A stretch of 64,000 nt of DNA from Pristiophorus japonicus (Eukaryota): the NCBI RefSeq assembly GCF_044704955.1, contig NC_091991.1, forward strand, positions 177,692,001-177,756,000, read 5' to 3'. Shown in pieces: positions 25,381 through 37,923 of the stretch. Position 1 is the stretch's first letter. Every line of letters starts with the position of its first letter. The position numbers were made by a program, and so were the translations under genes. The notes below the pieces were generated by a model, which did no database searches, had not been told where the DNA came from, and saw only the letters and a program-made list of their open reading frames with translations.

Positions 25381-26465
25381 AACATAGAAACAGAAAATAG
25401 GTGCAGGAATAGGTCATTCGGCCCTTCGAGCCTGCACCACCGTTCAATATGATCATGGCTGATCATGCAACTTCAGTACCCCGTTCCTGCTTTCTCTCCA
25501 TACCCCTTGATCCCTTTTGCCGTAAGGGCCACATCTAACCCCCTTTTGAATATATCTAACGAACTGGCCTCAACAAAATTCCACAGGTTCACAATTCTCT
25601 GAAAGAAGTTTCTCCTCATCTCAGTCCTAAATGGCCTACCCCTTATCCTAAGACTATGTCCCCTGGTTCTGGACTTCCCCAACATTGGGAACATTCTTCC
25701 CGCATCTAACCTGTCCAGTCCCGTCAGAATCTTATATGTTTCTATGAGATCCCCTCTCATCCTTCTAAACTCCAGTGAATAAAGGCCCAGTTGTTCCAGT
25801 CTCTTCTCATATGACAGCCCAGCCATCCCTGGAATCAGTCTGGTGAACCTTCGCTGCACTCCCTCAATAGCAAGAACGTCCTTCCTCAGACTAGGAGACG
25901 AAAACTAACACAATATTCCAGGTGAGGCCTCACTAAGGCCCTGTACAACTGCAGTAAGACCTCCCTGCTTCTATATTCAAATCCCCTAGCTATGAAGGCC
26001 AACATACCATTTGCCTTCTTCACCGCCTGCTGTACCTGCGTGCCCACTTTCAGTGACTGATGAACCATGACACCCAGGTCTCGTTGCATCTCCCCTTTTC
26101 CTCGTCTGCCGCCATTCAGATAATATTCTGCCTTCGTGTTTTTGTCCCCAAAATGGATAACCTCACATTTATCCACATTATACTGCATCTGCCATGCATT
26201 TGCCCACTCACCTAACCTGTCCAAGTCACCCTGCAGCCTCTTAGCGTCCCCCTCACAGCTCACACTGCCACCCAGTTTAGTGTCATCTGCAAACTTGGAG
26301 ATATTACACTCTATTCCTTCATCCAAATCGTTAATGTATATTGTAAAGAGCTGGGGTCCCAGCACTGAACCCTGCGGCACTCCACTAGTCACTGCCTGCC
26401 ATTCTGAAAAGGACCCGTTTATTCCTACTCTTTGCTTCCTGTCTGCCAATCAGTTCTCTATCTAC
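25381..26465 (-). mobile_element. CR1 LINE 3' part
   Basis: ORFs 25886..26449 and 25473..25859 with RT and C-terminal motifs. Confidence 0.9.
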
Positions 26466-26789
26466 GTTAACAGTTACATTTTCCGCTGTTTGATCCTGTC
26501 GGTGCTAAAATACCTAGGGTGCAGATCCACAGGCACCAACTGCCCTCCCAACCTCCCAACAGCCCCACAGCCCCACATGGCCATTCTTCATTTATGACCG
26601 TGTGTCAGTAGGCTATTTGACATGGGGCTGGAAGAATAGTAAATTCAACTGTCCTTATTACACGCACACACTATTTGCATCAGAAACTTTTAACAAGCCT
26701 GTTCAATGCTTTCCCCCACAACGATGAATGAGATGGTAGACGGGTGCATATTGCCTGTGATCAATTTTTAAACTACCACACTTGCTAGA

Positions 26790-27608
26790 CATCAGTGCAG
26801 GAGTTCCTCGTGGCAATGTCCTAGGCCCAACTATCTTTAGCTGCTTCATCAATGACCTCCCCTCCATCATAAGGTCAGACATAGTGATGTTCGCTGATAA
26901 TCTCAGTGTTCAGTTCCATTCGCAACACCGCAGATAATGAAGTAGCCCACGTCCAAATGCAGCAAGACCTGGACGACATTCAGGATTGGGCTAAGTGGCA
27001 AGTAACATTCACGCCACACAAGTGGCATGTATTGACTATCTCCAACAAGTGAGAGTCTAACCACCGCCCCATGATATTCAACGGCATTACCATCGCCAAA
27101 TGCCCCTTAATCAACATTCTGGGGGTCACCATTGACCAGAAACTTAACTGGACCAGCCACATAAACACTGTGACAACTAGAGCAGGTCAGAGGCTGGGTA
27201 TTTTGTGGCATCTGTCTCACCTCCTTTCCACCATCTAAGGCATAAATCAGGAGTGTGATGGAATACTCTCTACTTGCCTGGATGAGTGCAGCTCCAACAC
27301 TCGAGTAGCTCAACACCATCCAGGACAAAGCAACCCGCTTGATCGGCACTCCCTCCACCACTGACACACCGTGGCTGTAGTGTGTACCATCTATAAGATG
27401 CACTGCAGCCACTCACCAAGGCTTCTTCGACGTGCCGCCCAAACCCGCGACCTCCACCACCTAGAAGGACAAGGGCAGCAAGCGCACGGGAACACCACCA
27501 CCTCCAAGTTCCCTTCCAAGTCGTGCACCATCCTGACTTGGAAATATATCGCCGTTCCTTCATCGCCGCTGGGTCAAAATCCTGAAACTCCCTTCCGAAC
27601 AGCACTGT
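26790..27608 (+). mobile_element. Degenerate non-LTR retrotransposon of a different CR1/L2-group family
   Basis: Decayed RT motifs (GVPRGNVLGPTIFSCFINDLP...MFADN) readable at 26800-26900; its 3' sequence recurs on the minus strand at about 41400-41520 and 42136-42200. Confidence 0.65.
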
Positions 27609-27609
27609 A

Positions 27610-28462
27610 CAGGAGTGGGCAAAGGAGAAGTTTCAAGGACACCCTCAAAGCATCCTTGATAAAGTGCAACATCCCCACCGGCACCTGGGAATTCCTTACC
27701 CAAGACGGCCCAAAATGGAGGAAGAGCATCCATCATCATCATAGGCGGTCCCTCGAAACGAGGATGACTTGCTTCCATGCCAAAAAAAGGATGAGTTCAC
27801 AGGTGTTTCGAATGAAGAATCCGAACTACATCCTCAAAGGTGGAAGATGCCTTTGCGTGGATTTTTTTAACGTGTGGTGGCCGTTGCACACCAGCCATCA
27901 CATGGGCTTGACAGAGCTAGGTCTGGTCCAGTGGCAAGGATTACCCAAGTCAACCAGAGACCTGCTCTGCTGCACGGACCTAGTGCGCACACATATTGCA
28001 GTGTGGGCTGGCCTGTGCTGTCCCTGGGCCTCGATCACATCCCTCAGTCTCTCACTGCCCCTTCGCCCCGATCTCGCTGCTCCTGCTGTACCTGCCCACG
28101 ATCCAATCACCGACCTGGACCTTGCTGACATCCCTCTTCGCTGCCGTCGCCCTCCTGCACCAGCTCGCGCTGTACCTTGTAGTAGTATGCCTTCACGCCA
28201 CTCCCTGGGCCGCACATCGCTCCTTTTATGCCCCCGACCTGCCGCTGATGGTGGTTTCTCACAGGTCAGGGCCTCTACATCCAGGTGGGCGTTGAGCACC
28301 TCGAGTCTAGTCACTGAGAGCATGCAGAAATCAAGCGCAGACAGTGGAAGATGTGTGCGGCATACCATGCTCCCCACCCACCCTTTCCTTCAACCGCTGT
28401 CTGCCCAACCTGCTACAGAGACTGTAATTCCCGTATTCGACTGTACAGCCATCTGAGAACTC
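27610..28462. mobile_element. RTE 3' fragment (+) interrupted by an RTE-tailed SINE (-, about 27731-28272)
   Basis: GQRRSFKDTLKASL...WRKSI breaks at catcc and resumes after catcc at about 28278. Confidence 0.7.
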
Positions 28463-28469
28463 AGGTGAG

Positions 28470-29198
28470 AGAGAGGGGGGCAGAGGGGAAGGGGCAGGGT
28501 GCAGGGCGACAGAGGGGGGGGCATGGCGGCGGGGGCAGGACGATGGGAGGGGGGGCAATGCCCAGAGGGAGGGGGTGAAGGCAGTGCCGGGGGGGGAGGG
28601 CAGTGCCTAGGGGGGGATGGGGCAGTGCCCCCCGGGGGGGGGGGGGGGGAAGGATGGGGAAGGGGCAGTGTTCAGGGGGAGGGGACAGTGTCCGGGGGGG
28701 TGGGGGAAGGGGGGAGGGGGCAGTGTTCGGGGGGAAGGGGGCAGTGCCCACGGGGGGGGAGGGGGAGGGCAGTGCCCGAGGGCGAGGGCAGTGCCCGGGG
28801 GGGAAGGGGGAGGGGACAGTGCCCGGGGGGAGAAGGGAGGGGACAGTGCCCGGGGGGAAGGGGGAGGGGGCAGTGCCCGGGGGAGAAGGGAGGGGACAGT
28901 GCCCGGGGGGAAGGGGGAGGGGGCAGTGCCCGTGCCCGAGGGGCGAGGGGGGACAGTGCCCGGGGGGAAGGGGGAGGGGGCAGTGCCCGGGGGGAGAGGG
29001 CAGTGCCTGGGGGGAGAGGGCAGTGCCTGGGGGCGAGGGAGGACAGTGCCCGGGGGGGGGAGGAGGGAGGGGGGGTGGAGGGAGAGGGCAGTGCCCGATG
29101 GGAGGGGGGGGGGTGTGGAGGGAGAGGGCAGTGCCCGAGGGCGAGGGGGGGGGGCAGTGCCCGGGGGGAAGGGGGAGGGGACAGTGCCTGGGGGGAGG
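28470..29198. repeat. G-rich minisatellite, unit about 25 bp (GGGGGGAAGGGGGAGGGG(G/A)CAGTGCCC)
   Basis: Directly visible tandem array with about 25 CAGTG(C/T) cores separated by G-runs; it produces the spurious Gly/Pro-rich ORFs. Confidence 0.92.
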
Positions 29199-29219
29199 AA
29201 GTTCCGCTGACCCTGAGCT

Positions 29220-29470
29220 TGACCGGCAGATCGAGCCTCCCTGAGCAGCTGACGGCGGCCTGATTTACCTCACGGCCGCCCCTGCAGTGGGCCAACTGTT
29301 GTCCGCTGCCCGCGCGCTGTCTCGCGCGCTTGGATCTCCCTCCTTGCCGGCTCGCTCCACTCCCCCAATCCCGCGAGATCTCCGGCCCCAGCGCCAAGGT
29401 CTTACCGCTCTCCACCTAACAGATGCGCACGCGCAATCCCAACACAATACCGTAATGATCCGAATAGAGG
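29220..29470 (-). promoter_or_regulatory. MAD1L1: CpG-rich promoter and non-coding first exon(s) of MAD1L1
   Basis: CpG-dense; NRF1-type TGCGCACGCGCA at 29424-29435; TCTCGCGGGA (BANP/ZBTB33-like) near 29370; minus-strand donors GAG|GTAAAT (29268) and GCG|GTAAGA (29405). Confidence 0.7.
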
Positions 29471-29664
29471 CATCCACTCCTCTCCCCATCTTCTCTTCAT
29501 CATCATTCTTTCTCGTCTTCAACCCTCACAATCATAAGAATAGAATAATTAGGAGCTGGAGTCGGCCATTCGGCCCCCCGAGCCTGCTCCACCATTCAAT
29601 ACGATTTTGCCTGATCTTCTACCTCAACTCCACTTTCCTGCACTGTCGCCATATCCCTTGATTC

Positions 29665-29970
29665 GGGGTGGGTGGGACTGATTTACCGCACGCTCTTTCC
29701 GCTGTCTGCGCTTGATTTCTGCATGCTCTCGGCATTGAGACTCGAGGAGCTCAGCGCCCTCCCGGATGCACTTCTTCCACTTAGGGCGGTCTTGGGCCAG
29801 GGACTCCCAGATATCAGTGGGGATGTCGCACTCAACGACTATCTGTCCCACCTGTGACAGAGTCTGTGGCTTTCGTATTGGACTGTTCAGCCACCAAAGA
29901 ACTCACTTCAGGAGTGGAAGCAAGTCTTCCTCGATTCCGAGCAGCTGCCTATGATGATGATGATGATGAT
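29665..29970. mobile_element. RTE 3' fragment with an inverted 5' segment
   Basis: 29665-29832 is RTE on the minus strand; 29831-29970 is the adjacent downstream RTE sequence on the plus strand, ending in (GAT)n; inserted in a CR1 tail. Confidence 0.8.
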
Positions 29971-30179
29971 AATATTCAAAAATCTAATGATCTCTGTTGA
30001 GACTGAGCCTCCACAGCCCTCCAGGATAGGGAATTCCAAAGATTCAGCACCCTCTGAGTGAAGAAGTTTCTCCTCATCTCAGTCCTAAATGGCCGACCCC
30101 TTATTCTGAGACTGTGACCCCTGGATCTCGACTCTCCAGCCTCTTGAATCACACATAGAATGTACAGCACAGATACTGG

Positions 30180-30276
30180 CCAGAAATAGAAACAGAAAAT
30201 GCTGAAAACCACGCAGCAGGTCAGGCAGCATTAGCGGTGAGAGAAACAGAGTTCATTTTTCAGGTCAATGACCTTT
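30180..30276 (-). mobile_element. Penelope-like element terminal fragment (split by CR1 tails; remnant at about 30488-30503)
   Basis: Reverse complement AAAGGTCATTGACCTGAAAAATGAACTCTGTTTCTCTC...ATGCTGCCTGACCTGCTG matches the copy at 44190-44300. Confidence 0.6.
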
Positions 30277-31224
30277 AGAAACATAGAAACATAGAAAATA
30301 GGTGCAGGAGTAGGCCATTTGGCCCTTCGAGCCTGCACCGCCATTCAATGAGTTCATGGCTGAACATGCAACTTCAGTAACTTTCGGCCCACTCGTTAGT
30401 ACTGACGTTTATGCTCCACAGGAACCTCCACCCACCCCTCTTCATCTCACCCTCTCAACATAACCTTTTATTCCTTTCTCCCTCATGTTTCATAGAACTA
30501 GAATCAAATAACTTTACCGCACAAAAGGAGACCATTGGACCCATCTGTGCCGGCTAATGTTTACCCATGCTATTTGCCTCAATTCTTTGTGGTACTGAGT
30601 TCCACATTCTCACCACTCTCTGGGTAAATAAGTTTCTCTATAATTTGGCTTTGGATTCCCCCCACAAGTGGAAACATTTTGTCTACGTCCATATTTCCAC
30701 TATCCTTTGTGTGAAGACATGCTTCCTGACATCACCCCTGAACGGCCTGGCTCTAATTTTAAAGTTATGCCCTCTTGTTCTGAACTCTCCACCAGAGGGA
30801 ATAGTTTCTCTCTTGCTGAGGTGCAGGGCTCAGAACTGATGCAGTCTAACCAGAGATTCATACAACTGTGAGAGCACTTCCACCCCTTAGTATTTCAGCT
30901 CCATTGAGAGACGTGAGGCATTGCTTTAGTGACTGAATAATGAAGTTTTTTCTCACATTCTATGATTCTGCATTCTTAGTGCATTTTCCAGCATTTTGGA
31001 GTATATTGTGAGTCAGACTTTGAAGCCAAAATAATTAATTTTAGATAGATTACAGATGTATCAAATTTGATTTTTGTACCATCAGAAAGTAATATACAGC
31101 CAGTATAACACATCTGGACTACATATATGTAGTTTCCACAGCTGAATAAGAAAATGGTTGAAGATAAATGATATAACATTATAATGCAAATAGCATTAAA
31201 AGAAATACATATATTCATACAAAC

Positions 31225-31610
31225 TCAGGATGTTATAAAGCGCTTTACAGGCAATGTACTTTTGAAGTGTAGTGACTGTTGTAATGTAATACAATACACA
31301 AAGCAAGGTCCCACAAACATCAATGTGACAAGATCATCTGTTTTAGTGATGTTGGTTGAGGGATAAATATTGGCCAGGACACCAGGGAGAACTTCCCTGC
31401 TCCTCTTCAAAATAATGCCATTGAATCTTTTACATCCACTTGGATAAACGTCTCATCCAAAAGTCAGTACCTCCGTCAGTGCAGCGCTCCCACAGTACGG
31501 CACTGGAGTGTCAGCCTAGATTTTATGCTCCAGTCTCTGGAGCGGGACTTGAACCTACAACTTTTTGACTCAAGAGGCAAGAGTGCCACCCACTGAGCCA
31601 CAGCTGACAC
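31225..31610 (-). mobile_element. DeuSINE copy
   Basis: Same head, core and tail as the other copies. Confidence 0.78.
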
Positions 31611-32361
31611 CGAACAGGACAGCGATTTTTACTTCTGTAACAGTCAACATCAGAAAGATATCTCAATGCATTTTACACATATTGTATACGGTTCTGCGAG
31701 AGCTTTCCAGTGCCTGTGAACCTCGACTGTGAGCGCTGCCAGGCTATTCAACTATTAAAGGCATCACAGCTGAGCCTGACCCATCCTGACCTGATGCCCA
31801 CACTTTCCAGGTGATGAATATAGCTGATTATTCCCCACCTTCACCCAGGGGCACTGAGGCCAATTGTGCACCCCTCACTGCCACTCCGGTGAGGTTAGCA
31901 CACACCTGGAACCTTCTAACCTATATACCCCACAAGGAAAGTCCACACAATGTTTCTTTAAGTAATAGTCTTTGGTGTACGCTACCACTGAGTCAAGGAT
32001 GACATCTAAAGGCTACATGAGCATTGGACAACTGCCATGTATGGGTTTGAGCCCTTGCTTAATGAACAGCAGATTCCAATCATAGAAATTTACAGCACGG
32101 AAGGAGGCTATTTCGGCCCATCGTGTCCGTGCTGGCCAACAAACAGCTATCCAGCCGTATCCCACTTTCCAGTTCTCGGTCCGTAGCCCTGTCCGTTACA
32201 GCACTTCAAGTGCACTTCCAAGTAAATTTTAAATGTGATGAGGGTTTCTGTCTCGACCACAATCAGTGAAGTTCACCATAAAATGTATGATAACAATACA
32301 CTGCATCAAATATAAACAAGGGGCCAACAGAACATGGTGTAGTAGTACGACATGCCAACTA

Positions 32362-32825
32362 GACAGCCGTGGCTCAGTGGGCAGCACACTCGCCTCTGAG
32401 TCAGAAGGTTTGGGGTCAAGTCCCACTACAGAGACTGGATCACATAAATCCAGGCTGACACCTCAGTGGAGTACTGAGGGAGCACTGCACTGTCAGAGGT
32501 GCCGTCTTTCAGATGAGACGTTAAACCAAGGCCCCGTCTGCCCTCTCAGGTGGACGTAAAAAGATCCCGTGGCACTATTTGGAAGAAGAGCTGGGGATTT
32601 CTCTCTGGTGCCTTGTCAATATTGATCCCTCAAGCAACATCTAAAACAGATGATCTGGTCACTTATCGCAATGCTGTTTGTGGGATCTTGCTGTATGCAA
32701 ATTGGGTGCCACGTTTCTGACATTACAGCAATGACTACACTTCAAAAATACTTAACTGGTTGTAAAGCACTTTGATACGACCCGAGGTCATGAAAGGCGC
32801 TATATAAATGCAAGTTCTTTCTTTT
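32362..32825 (+). mobile_element. Full-length DeuSINE copy
   Basis: GCCGTGGCTCAGTGG head, GATGAGACGTTAAACC...TAAAAAGATCCC core, AAAGGCGCTATATAAATGCAAG tail. Confidence 0.85.
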
Positions 32826-32875
32826 CGAATCCTTCATTTGTAGTCAGTTGGCTGACTAAACCCTGAGGGAGAATT

Positions 32876-32881
32876 TTTATT
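32876..32881 (-). terminator. Candidate MRM2 polyadenylation signal AATAAA
   Basis: tttatt on the plus strand about 225 nt past the MRM2 stop codon. Confidence 0.5.
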
Positions 32882-33106
32882 CTCGAGAAATATCGGGAGA
32901 AATACCCGGGTTCCTGCGCATCTCCTCGCAACGGATTACAGTGTAGCAATGTCCAAGAACTATGCGGTGGATTATCAGCCTGGACATGAGGGGGGAGAAC
33001 TGCTGAAGGGAGGTGAGGAAATATAAATGAATGAACAGTCCTCCAGATTGTTAGATTGCAATGGAGGTTTCCTTGTGCATAAACCAGTCTTTGTCGCTCA
33101 GAAGCG

Positions 33107-33531
33107 TCAGCTTTTCCTGTAGCGTTTTGCCAGAAAGTAGATCTCCGACGACTCCTTCCTGCTCGCCGCCGGTTTCAAAGTCTTCACCTCCTCAAAGAGT
33201 GCGGCGAGTCGGTTTTGGAGCAGGCGGCTGTGAGCCCCGTCCCAGAATTTGCAGAGCAAGGTACCGCCAGGAGCCAGGACCCTCTCGGCCAGCTCCAGGA
33301 CGCACAGGCACAGCTCGGCCAGGCGCTGCTGGTCCAGCTCGCGGATGCCGCTGGCGTTGGGCGCCACGTCGCTGAGGATCACCTGAGCCTCCCCCGCCGG
33401 CAGGGTCTCCTGGATTCTGGCCCAAACTACGGGCTCCTGGAGGTCCGAATGAGGCAGGAAGACAGCGCCATCCAATGGCGGGATGTGCAAAAGGTCGACT
33501 CCCACAACAAAGCCCACGGGAGCCTTCGGAT
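33107..33531 (-). CDS. MRM2: MRM2 (FTSJ2) mitochondrial rRNA 2'-O-methyltransferase, last coding exon
   Basis: tccAG| acceptor; (D)PKAPVGFVVGVDLL...VILSDVAPNASG...PGGTLLCKFWDG...KPAASRKESSEIYFLAKRYRKS*; RrmJ/FtsJ catalytic D, K and E are present. Confidence 0.95.
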
Positions 33532-33974
33532 CTGGACAGGATTGGGGGAGGGGGTGGGAAATGAAATGAAAATCGTCAACCATCCAGAATAAATAAAGGG
33601 AAAACGCCGTTATGTTTTGAGACAGGCCTATTTGTCACACACAACAATCAATAACTAATTCGTCAGCCAGTAGCTCAGTGGCTAGCACACTCGCCTCTGA
33701 GTCAGAAGGTTGTGGATTCAAGTCCCACTCCAGGGCACAAAATCTAGGCTGACACTCCCAGTGCAGTGCTGAGGGAGCGCTGCACTGTTGGAGGTGCCTT
33801 TCAGATGAGAAGTTAAACTGAGGCCCATCTGCTCTCTCATGTGGCTGGATAAGATCACACGGCATTATTTCGAAGAAGAGCAGAGGAGTCACCTCCCCCC
33901 CACCCCGCCCCCCTCCAATCCCGGCCAATATTTATTCCTCAATCAACATCACTAAAATTAAAATTAAAATTAAA

Positions 33975-36900
33975 ACGTAGGACCTCAAAAGTAGTAATCT
34001 CAGGATTGCTACCAGTGCCACGTGCTAGTCAGAGTAGGAATCGCAGGATAGCTCAGATGAATACGTGGCTTGAGCAGTGGTGCAGCAGGGAGGGATTCAA
34101 ATTCCTGAGGCATTGGAACCGGTTCTGGGGGAGGTGGGACCAGTACAAACCGGACGGTCTGCACCTAGGCAGGACCGGAACCAATGTCCTAGGGGGACTG
34201 TTTGCTACTGCTGTTGGGGAGGAGTTAAACTAATATGGCAGGGGGATGGGAACCAATGCAGGGAAACAAAAAGGAGACAAAAGCAAAAGACAGAAAGGAG
34301 ATGAGTAAAAGTGGAGGGCAGAGAAACCCAAGGCAAAAAACAAAAAGGGCCACTGAATGTAAAGGGGCTGCAGGAGGGGTCAAAACTAAAAATCATGGTT
34401 TAAAAACTAGTATGAAAACACTCTACCTAAATGCACGCTGCATTCGAAATAAAGTAAATGTGTGGAAGAAAGAATCTATGAATCCATGGCTTATGGTAAA
34501 GGGAAGGGTTAAATTCTGTTTTTGCTATATTTGAAGAAATGATAGGACTAGAACAACACCCACACTTTTTAGCCTTAAAACTTAGAAATGTAATTAAATG
34601 ACTATCCGGTATTAAAAGGGAGTCTCCTGATATTCTGCTTATCAGACTGTGAACAGGGAGAAACTATGCCAGGACAGATAGAGTGTGTGCCTCCCGAGAC
34701 GACCTTTGTACTCACGGAACTAATGAATAAGATTCCTTTTCTATTTCTGTATTCTATTTCTGTATAAAGATAGGGACAATTTGTTTGTACAGGAGAGTTT
34801 TCTGCCTTGGTACGGTCCAAGCAGGCTCTCCGAGATATCTCGCTTTTTAAAATAAAATTCTCTCGATGCACGACTCCGCCTGAGTTAATTAACTTAGAAA
34901 TTTCCTCGACAAAATGAGTTGACAGCACAAATCATTACAAATGGGTATGATTTGATGGCCATTACAGAAACGTGGTTGCAGAGGGGCCAAGACTGGGAAT
35001 TAAACATATAGGGGTATCTGACAATTCGGAAAGATAGACAAGAAGGGAAAGGAGGTGGGATAGCTCTGTTAATAAAGGATGATATCAGGGCAGTTGTGAG
35101 AGATGATATTGGCTCTAATGAACAAAATGTTGAATCATTGTGGGTGGAGATTAGAGATAGTAAGGGGAAAAAGTCACTGGTGGGCGTAGTTTATAGGCCC
35201 CCAAATAATAACTTCACAGTGGGGTGGGCAATAATCAAGGGAATAATGGAGGCACGTGAAAAAGAAACGGCAGTAATCATGGGGGATTTTAACCTACATA
35301 TCGATTGGTCAAATCAAATCGCACGGGGTAGCCTGGAGGAGGAATTCATAGAATGCATACGGGATTGTTTCTTAGAACAGTATGTTACAGAACCTACAAG
35401 GGAGCAAGCTATCTTAGATCTGGTCCTGTGTAATGAGACAGGAATAATAAACGATCTCCGAGTAAAAGATCCTCTCGTTTTGAGTGATCACTGTATGGTT
35501 CAATTTGTAATACAGATTGAGGGTGAGGAAGTAGTGTCTCAAACGAGCGTACTATGCTTAAACAAAGGGGACTACAGTGGGACGAAGGCAGAGTTGGCTA
35601 AAGTAGACTGGAAACACAGATAAAACGGTGGCACAATTGAGGAACAGTGGAGGACTTTTAAGGAGCTCTTTCATAGTGCTCAACAAAAATATATTCCAGT
35701 GAAAAAGAAGGGCGGTAAGAGAAGGGATAACCAGTTGTGGATAACCAAGGAAATAAAGGAGAGTATCAAATTAAAAACCAATGAGTATAAGGTGGCCAAG
35801 GTTAGTGGGAAAACAGAAGATTGAGAAAATTTTAAACGACAGCAAAGAATGACTAAGAAAGCAATAAAGAAAGGAAAGATAGATTACGAAGGTAAACTTG
35901 CTCAAAACATAAAAACGGATAGTAAAAGCTTTTACAGATATATGAAACGGAAAAGAGTGACTAAAGTAAATGTTGGTCCCTTAGAAGATGAGAAGGGGGA
36001 TTTAATAATGGGAAATGTGGAAATGGCTGAGACCTTAAACAATTATTTTGCTTCGGTCTTCACAGTGGAAGACACAGAAACCATGCCAGAAATTGCTGGT
36101 CACAGGAATGTGGGAAGGAAGGACCTGGAGACAATCACGATCACTAGGGGGGTAGTGCTGGACAGGCTAATGGGACTCAAGGTAGACAAGTCCCCTGGTC
36201 CTGATGAAATGCTTCCCAGGGTATTAAAAGAGATGGCGGAAGTTATAGCAGATGGATTCGTTATAATCTACCAAAATTCTCTGGACTCTGGGGAGGTACC
36301 AGCGGATTGGAAAGCAGCTAATGTAATGCCTCTGTTTAAAAAAGGGGGCAGACAAAAGGCAGGTAACTATAGGCTGGTTAGTTTAACATCTGTAGTGGGG
36401 AAAATGCTTGAAACTATCATTAAGGAAGAAATAGCGGGACATCTAGATAGGAATAGTGCAATCAAGCAGACGCAACATGGATTCATGAAGGGGAAATCAT
36501 GTTTAACTAATTTACTGGAATTCTTTGAGGATATAACGAGCATGGTGGATAGAGGTGTACCGATGGATGTGGTGTATTTAGATTTTCAAAAGGCATTCGA
36601 TAAGGTGCCACACAAAAGGTTACTGCAGAAGATAAAGGTACGCGGAGTCAGTGGAAATGTATTAGCATAAATAGAGAATTGGCTGGCTAACAGAAAGCAG
36701 AGAGTCGGGATAAATGGGTCCTTTTCAGGTTGGAAATCGGTGGTTAGTGGTGTGCCACAGGGATCGGTGCTGGGACCACAACTGTTTACAATATACATAG
36801 ATGACCTGGAAGAGGGGACAGAGTGTAGTGTAACAAAATTTGCAGATGACACAAAGATTAGTGGGAAAGCGGGTTGTGTAGAGGACACAGAGAGGCTGCA

Positions 36901-37802
36901 AAGAGATTTAGATAGGTTAAGCGAATGGGCTAAGGTTTGGCAGATGGAATACAATGTCGGAAAGTGTGAGGTCATCCACCTTGAGAAAAAAAACTGTAAA
37001 AGGGAATATTATTTGAATGGGGAGAAATTTCAACATGCTGCGGTGCAGAGGGACCTGGGGGTCCTTGTGCATGAAACTCTTTTAGAAGGTCCTTGTGCAT
37101 GAATCCCAAAAAAGTTAGTTTGCAGGTGCAACAGGTAATCAGGAAAGCGAATGAAATGTTGGCCTTCATTGCGAGAGGGATGGAGTACAAAAGCAGGGAG
37201 GTCCTTCTGCAACTGTATAGGGTATTGGTGAGGCCGCACCTGGAGTACTGCATGCAGTTTTGGTTACCTTACTTAAGGAAGGATATACTAGCTTTGGAGG
37301 GGGTACAGAGACGATTCACTAGGCTGATTCTGGAGATGAGGGGGTTACCTTATGATGATAGATTGAGTAGACTGGGTCTTTACTCGTTGGAGTTCAGAAG
37401 GATGAGGGGTGATCTTATAGAAACAGTTAAAATAATGAAAGGGATAGACAAGATAGAGGCAGAGAGGTTGTTTCCACTGGTCGGGGAGACTAGAACTAGG
37501 GGGCACAGCCTCAAAATACGGGGGAGCCAATTTAAAACAGAGTTGAGAAGGAATTTCTTCTCCCAGAGGGTTGTGAATCTGTGGAATTCTCTGCCCAAGG
37601 AAGCAGTTGAGGCTAGCTCATTGAATGTATTCAAGTCACAGATAGATAGATTTTTAACCAATAAGAGAATTAAGGGTTATGGGGAGCGGGCAGGTAAGTG
37701 GAGCTGAGTCCACGGCCAGATCAGCCATGATCTTGTTGAATGGCGGAGCAGGCTCGAGGGGCTAGATGGCCTACTCCTGTTCCTAATTCTTATGTTCTTA
37801 TG
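33975..37802 (+). mobile_element. Near full-length degenerate CR1 (ORF1 SGNH-esterase end plus ORF2 APE-RT) in an MRM2 intron, inserted in a DeuSINE (33662-33955 / 37803-38385)
   Basis: ORF 34006..34233 (WC...DGLHL esterase motif), LYLNARCIRNK, ORF 35096..35623 (GVVYRPP, MGDFN, SDH), RT ORFs 35849..37707; TAAAA at both junctions. Confidence 0.92.
34461..34911 (+). mobile_element. Solo LTR (451 bp) inserted in the CR1
   Basis: Starts TGTGGAAGAAA and ends TTTCCTCGACA (imperfect terminal inverted repeat, TG...CA); perfect 5-bp TSD AAATG; TATA-like TATAAAG at about 34763 and AATAAA at about 34851; the CR1 reads through when it is removed. Confidence 0.85.
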
Positions 37803-37923
37803 TAAAACAGATTATCTGGTCACTATCACATTGCTGTTTGTGGGAGCTTACTGTGGGCAAATTGGCGGCCATGTTTCCTATGTTACAACAGTGACTACAC
37901 TCCAAAAGTACTTCATTGGCTGT

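Noticed and set aside
27371-28456. 361-aa ORF
   Set aside because: Chance read-through across three fused repeats (LINE 3' end, RTE, antisense RTE-tailed SINE).
28461-29415. Gly/Pro-rich ORFs with repeated GQCPGG (collagen- or keratin-associated-like)
   Set aside because: Open in several frames on both strands because the G-rich minisatellite lacks stop codons.
32362-32430. tRNA genes at SINE heads
   Set aside because: tRNA-like A/B boxes continue into Deu-domain and L2-type tail; no complete cloverleaf.
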